Source: Eledone cirrhosa (Eukaryota). From it: 64,000 bases of DNA. Where the stretch lies: NCBI GenBank assembly GCA_964016885.1, contig OZ024743.1, positions 274,040,001 to 274,104,000 on the forward strand, read 5' to 3'. This document shows positions 59,015-64,000 of this stretch, piece by piece (positions within the stretch are counted from its first letter, which is position 1; each line of letters begins with the position of its first letter). A program made the translations under genes and the position numbers. The notes beneath the pieces are model-generated. The model ran no database searches and was not told the DNA's origin. It saw nothing but the letters and a program-made list of their open reading frames with translations.

Positions 59015-59330
59015 CATCATCTAATAATTGTTTCTACTTTTGGCACAAGGCCAGTAATTACTCAGTACATTACTGGTACTTTATTTTATCGACCCCGTAA
59101 GGATGAAAGGCAAAGTTAACCTCGACGGGATTTGAACTCAGACCGTAATGAGACGTAACTATACTAGAAAGCATGGCGTCCAACCCTCCACCGATAGTGC
59201 CAATTCGCCGCCCTTCATCTAATAATTGTTTCTACTTTTTGCACAAGGCCAGCAAATCACCAGTGTATTACTGGTACTTTATTTTATCGACCCCATAAGG
59301 ATGAAAGGCAAAGTGAACCTCGGCGGGATC
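59015..59330 (-). mobile_element. Tandem pair of the same SINE inserted in the Naiad 3' region
   Basis: catctaataattgtttctactttt.gcacaaggccag occurs at 59018 and 59216, each followed by the SINE core. Confidence 0.72.
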
Positions 59331-60988
59331 ACTGCAAAACATCAACAAAACATAGTGAAGACATATAAAGTGTAAACAGGTAAGGTATAGATCATATTTT
59401 CTATAGATTATAGATAATTCTGAATGTTTTTGTTTGGCGATGTCTGCAAGAACTGAATAATTCTTTCTTTTTGTTAATAGAGTTTTGGCTGGTATGTATA
59501 TGAACAGTTTCCTCAATACACAAATGACGAATTCTTGACAAAGCGATATTTCGATATGCGGGCGCTTTCGAAATTGTTCCCCAAGAGATTGAATAGTCAA
59601 TATTATTGTCTTTTAAGTAGCAAATTAGATGTGAAAGTGATGTTGAAAATGTTTTGTATGATCTATTAAATGTATGTTTGTGATTATACCAGCGTTCCTT
59701 ATATTTTGTAGAAGTGACTCCTATATAGTTATATATTTTATCTCTAGTTTTTACTATGCATTTATATGGTAAGTTTTTATCTAGATAATTATTCTGTAAA
59801 GGGCCATTTAATTCGTTTCTACAGTTACATTTTCCAGAGTTGTTGTCAATAGGAACGGTACGATTATTATTAGTATTAATATTATTATTAGTAATATTAA
59901 TATTGTTATTTTGGTTTATTTGGTTCGGGTTTAAATTTAAGTTTCTATTATTAATTCTATTAATATTTTGTGCTATGTTCATAGTAAAGTAAGATAGTTT
60001 TATAGTATGTCTGTTAAAAATAGAATGATACCTATGGGATTTAGGAAGACATGTATCTAATGCATTGAAAAATGTTTGCTGGTGTTTTAACTCCTAATGA
60101 GAATGGGGGAGAGCACCAAATAATATTTCTAGTTCTAGTTCTTTTGTTTGATTTACTAAATTGCTTATTATTATTATTATAGTCACTTTTAGGATGATTT
60201 TGCATGTTATTGTTATCTAAGTATTTAATGTTATTCAAGCCAGCTCTATGTAGAGCATCATTGTAATATTCTGCCTTATTTCCAAAAATATTTTTATTAG
60301 CTGAAATGCGTGAAATTCGTTGTTGGACACTATTGACAATAGTATTTTTTACATTTCTAGGATGGTTAGAATGGAAGCTTACATAGTTTAGGTGTTCATT
60401 AATCTTATGGAAAGGATAATATAGACCTGAGCTAAGGTTTAAAGTGACATCTAAGAAGTTAACTAATTTATTATTATTCTCAATTTCTAATTTAATGTTG
60501 TAATTATTAAAAAATTCTAAAATACTTTTCTTTTTCCTATTAAGTTCGCTATTGTTATGGTTGTCGACTATGAGTAACATATCGTCGCGATATAAACCTT
60601 CGGTCATCTCTGGCATTTTTCTATGTAGTACATTAAGAATAAATATTCCAACGCGGTCTGTTACTTGAGCTGAGTCAGATGATTCCATTGTGATATCGAA
60701 ATTGTTCTGTCTGTCAGTCCTTGTCCAGAGATGGTTATTAAATTCAGTTAGGTTTCTGTGTGCAGTTAAAATGATATTTATTTCTTCACGATATTTATTT
60801 CTTCCGTATATTTTTAAGCATAAATAAATGCCTTATTAAGTAAGTTAGGGGTAATTGAGGGGTAGTAATTAGCAATATCCATTTGTATAATCTTTTTCTT
60901 ATGTTTTAATTTAATGTTTGCAAACCAATCTATTACTTCATTTGTACCGTTCCATAGTTTAAGGTGTGATTATTGCTTAAGTGCAAAT

Positions 60989-61121
60989 GCTTATTTGTGG
61001 GTGATCAGCCATATTTATATTCTTTTAGCTACTTGTGTCTGATGTATTTATAATATTATGTATTTGTAAAGTATGACAGGGAATTTTGGTAAATATAATC
61101 ATTTGGAATATATATGTATAC

Positions 61122-61180
<59 letters not shown>

Positions 61181-61999
61181 TGAGTGTGTGTATGTGTGTG
61201 TATATATGTATATATATGTGTGTGTGCGTGTATATGAGTGTCTATGTATGCACATATAGATATGTATTTATGCATATACACACATATCTAGGCATACCAC
61301 TAGACGATATCTGTGAAATTTTATGAATTTTGAATATAACAGATTCTGGCTTTCATATTTCACTAACTAATGTGTTTGCACTATTTAGATTTCAACAACA
61401 CACATCTCAAATCATAGTTCGGATGCAGATAATATTTGCACTGTACGATACGGTTATCTCCGAATGGTTTTAGCCGACATCACTGATATTTTTCACTACT
61501 ATTCAACAGCAATTGAATTTGATTTAATGATAATTTAATTTGTCACTTAATGTAATATTTATTTTTGTAATTGTTATTCACTAAATTTCAGTGCAATGAA
61601 AATTTCTTTAAAGCATAACACGATCAAGAGAATGATTACGTAATGCCTTTTATAGTAATTCTTGTGATATTTTGTTATTTATTGTTTGTTCGTGTGTTTG
61701 TTTGTTTTTATATTTTACATGGATGCTAGAGTCAACTCTCTGTCGACCCAGCGATACCGAGATGTTAATGAGTTTGCTTCGAAATCATTAGATCCCGGGC
61801 TCAATCCCAATGCGTGACATTTTAGGTACGTGTCATATACAGGATGACTTATAAGTAAACGGGCTGTCGAACATTTATATTCCAAATGATTATATTTACC
61901 AAAATTCTGGTCATACTTTACAAATACATAAGATTATAAATACATCAAACACAAGTAGTTAAAATAATATAAATATGGCTGATCACCCACAAATAAGCG
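60989..61999. repeat. Inverted duplication of ~120 bp flanking a 770-bp spacer
   Basis: 60989-61110 matches the reverse complement of 61878-61999 (ttccaaatgattatatttacc...ggctgatcacccacaaataagc). Confidence 0.85.
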
Positions 62000-62288
62000 G
62001 AAGATCAAAATGTTATCAGTGAGCCTTGCAATACAGATGCATTACTTATTACTAGCTCTGCACTATTTGGTTGGCGGGACTTGTGTGAAAGCACGTCGGG
62101 TGATTGTACTCATAAAACAAAAGGGCAATCTTGGAACACACGCTATCAGGCTGAATCCCTCTAAGGATTATGTTAAATAAAATACGTATCTGAATATGCT
62201 CAACCACTTCCAAGTTAATTTTATGAATATGTGTACCGTTGATCCAATAACTGAAACACTCATCGTAAAAACCGACAGTGGCCCATTC

Positions 62289-62402
<114 letters not shown>

Positions 62403-62500
62403 ATTGAGGTTGGTAATGGCACATGGAATATATAAGAGACAGAATACTTTTTTGTGAAAAAACATAATTTTATAAGGTAAGGAAATAATAAAGGGTATAA

Positions 62501-62548
62501 AAAATGACCGGTTTCGATGGGTCTGCAAAAGCCATCTTTTCAAATGTT
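62501..62548 (-). ncRNA. Hammerhead ribozyme, U3-A8 core variant (family B)
   Basis: aacat TTGAAAA gatgg-cttttgcagac-ccatc GAAA ccgg TC atttt; palindromic ACCGGT helix III, GUC site, one mismatch in helix I. Confidence 0.68.
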
Positions 62549-62779
62549 GATTAATATTAAGAAAAATTAATAATACGAAGAGTTAAAATTTGAGACTTGA
62601 AAATTCAAGTATAAAATTCATTGTGGGATTTCATAGCAGTTTTCATCTAGGTAGCAACAACAGGTTGACTGCTGTGTCCCTTTCTGGTAGTGAATGAGAA
62701 GTTATTTGGGGTGTGGGTTATTTTATAAAGGTCAGATTTAGCAATAGCCAGCTGCTGGTCAGTGAGGGGGTGGAAGCAA

Positions 62780-63440
<661 letters not shown>

Positions 63441-64000
63441 ATATATTTTTTCCATAATATAAGAAGTTGGGGCAGTGAAATTAAAATAATTCTGTGTGCG
63501 CATATATATATAGATATACGTGTGTGCACGTGCAGGGTTTAACATGGATGTGTTGGTCACACAAAGGCATGGTCTGTCAATGAATAAACCTGATTCTACA
63601 GAATTGGTCTCTGGTCTTTAATAGTAGTGATTCCGTGCGTATGTGTGTTTATATTTTATGACAATTCTATTGGGGTGATAACCCGTTTAGTTTTGGTTTA
63701 AATTTGTTAAGGAATAGATTTTCTTTGTTTATTCTTTGTTGTTGTGTGAACGAATCTGAGCACTTGTAGAAGGGGAAGATTTTAAAGTTGGGTAGTGTCA
63801 TTCCTGCGCAGTTCGCAATATGGCTGCTCAAGGGGATTTTTCTTGTGTTAGCGTCCCGGATTTGTTGGCGGTGGATGGTCATTCTTTTGCGTAATGAGGT
63901 GCCCGTCTGTCCTATGTAGTTGTGTTTGCACCCACCGCAAGTTATTGCGTAAATCAAGTTCTCCGAGTTGCAGGTGAAATTGTTTTTTACTGTAAATGTT

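Larger units (their letters stand above)
57640..60988 (-). mobile_element. Naiad-like PLE, 5'-truncated, with long AT-rich 3' region
   Basis: WNGTNEVIDWF..MDIANYYPSI, GLYRDD, VNFLDVTLNL, SNHP, RNIIWCSPPFS, CNCR..PL, YIGVT..KERWYNH and C-terminal SSCRH are Naiad hallmarks. Including 57640-59400 as 3' UTR is inferred from the HHR at 57670. Confidence 0.85.

Noticed and set aside
59401-59982. Possible selenocysteine recoding, as known for some Naiad PLEs
   Set aside because: No in-frame TGA at the conserved Cys positions (they read TGT or decayed GGC/TAT), and no convincing SECIS was seen after the stop.
61390-61530. Candidate downstream host exon after tttAG
   Set aside because: No BAIAP3-like translation in the required phase and no clear donor site.

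Overview
AT-rich animal genomic DNA dense in microsatellites ((TA)n, (CA)n, (GA)n); the repeat landscape suggests an octopus or other cephalopod (inference). Almost all short ORFs in the track are microsatellite or antisense artefacts. Only two host exons are recognisable (29185-29388 and 40899-41002, + strand), encoding the end of C2A and the following region of a BAIAP3/Munc13-4-family protein, so the window is essentially intronic. It holds at least three Penelope-like element (PLE) lineages: family A (RT+GIY-YIG; 3 coding copies plus inverted pLTR arrays), a Neptune-like family and a Naiad-like family. It also has fragments of RTE-, CRE- and R4/Dong-like LINEs, tRNA-derived SINEs, a Helitron-like element and many fold-backs. 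The main signal the ORF track misses is about 19 type I hammerhead ribozyme (HHR) motifs, intact or decayed, in five structural classes. These include (i) four antisense HHRs sharing an extended helix II with a C·C mismatch at pair 4 and an 8-nt self-complementary helix III, (ii) a U3-A8 core variant in two Neptune-like PLEs, and (iii) a non-coding ~425-bp partial-tandem HHR repeat resembling a non-LTR retrozyme. All folds were read by eye and none is tested.
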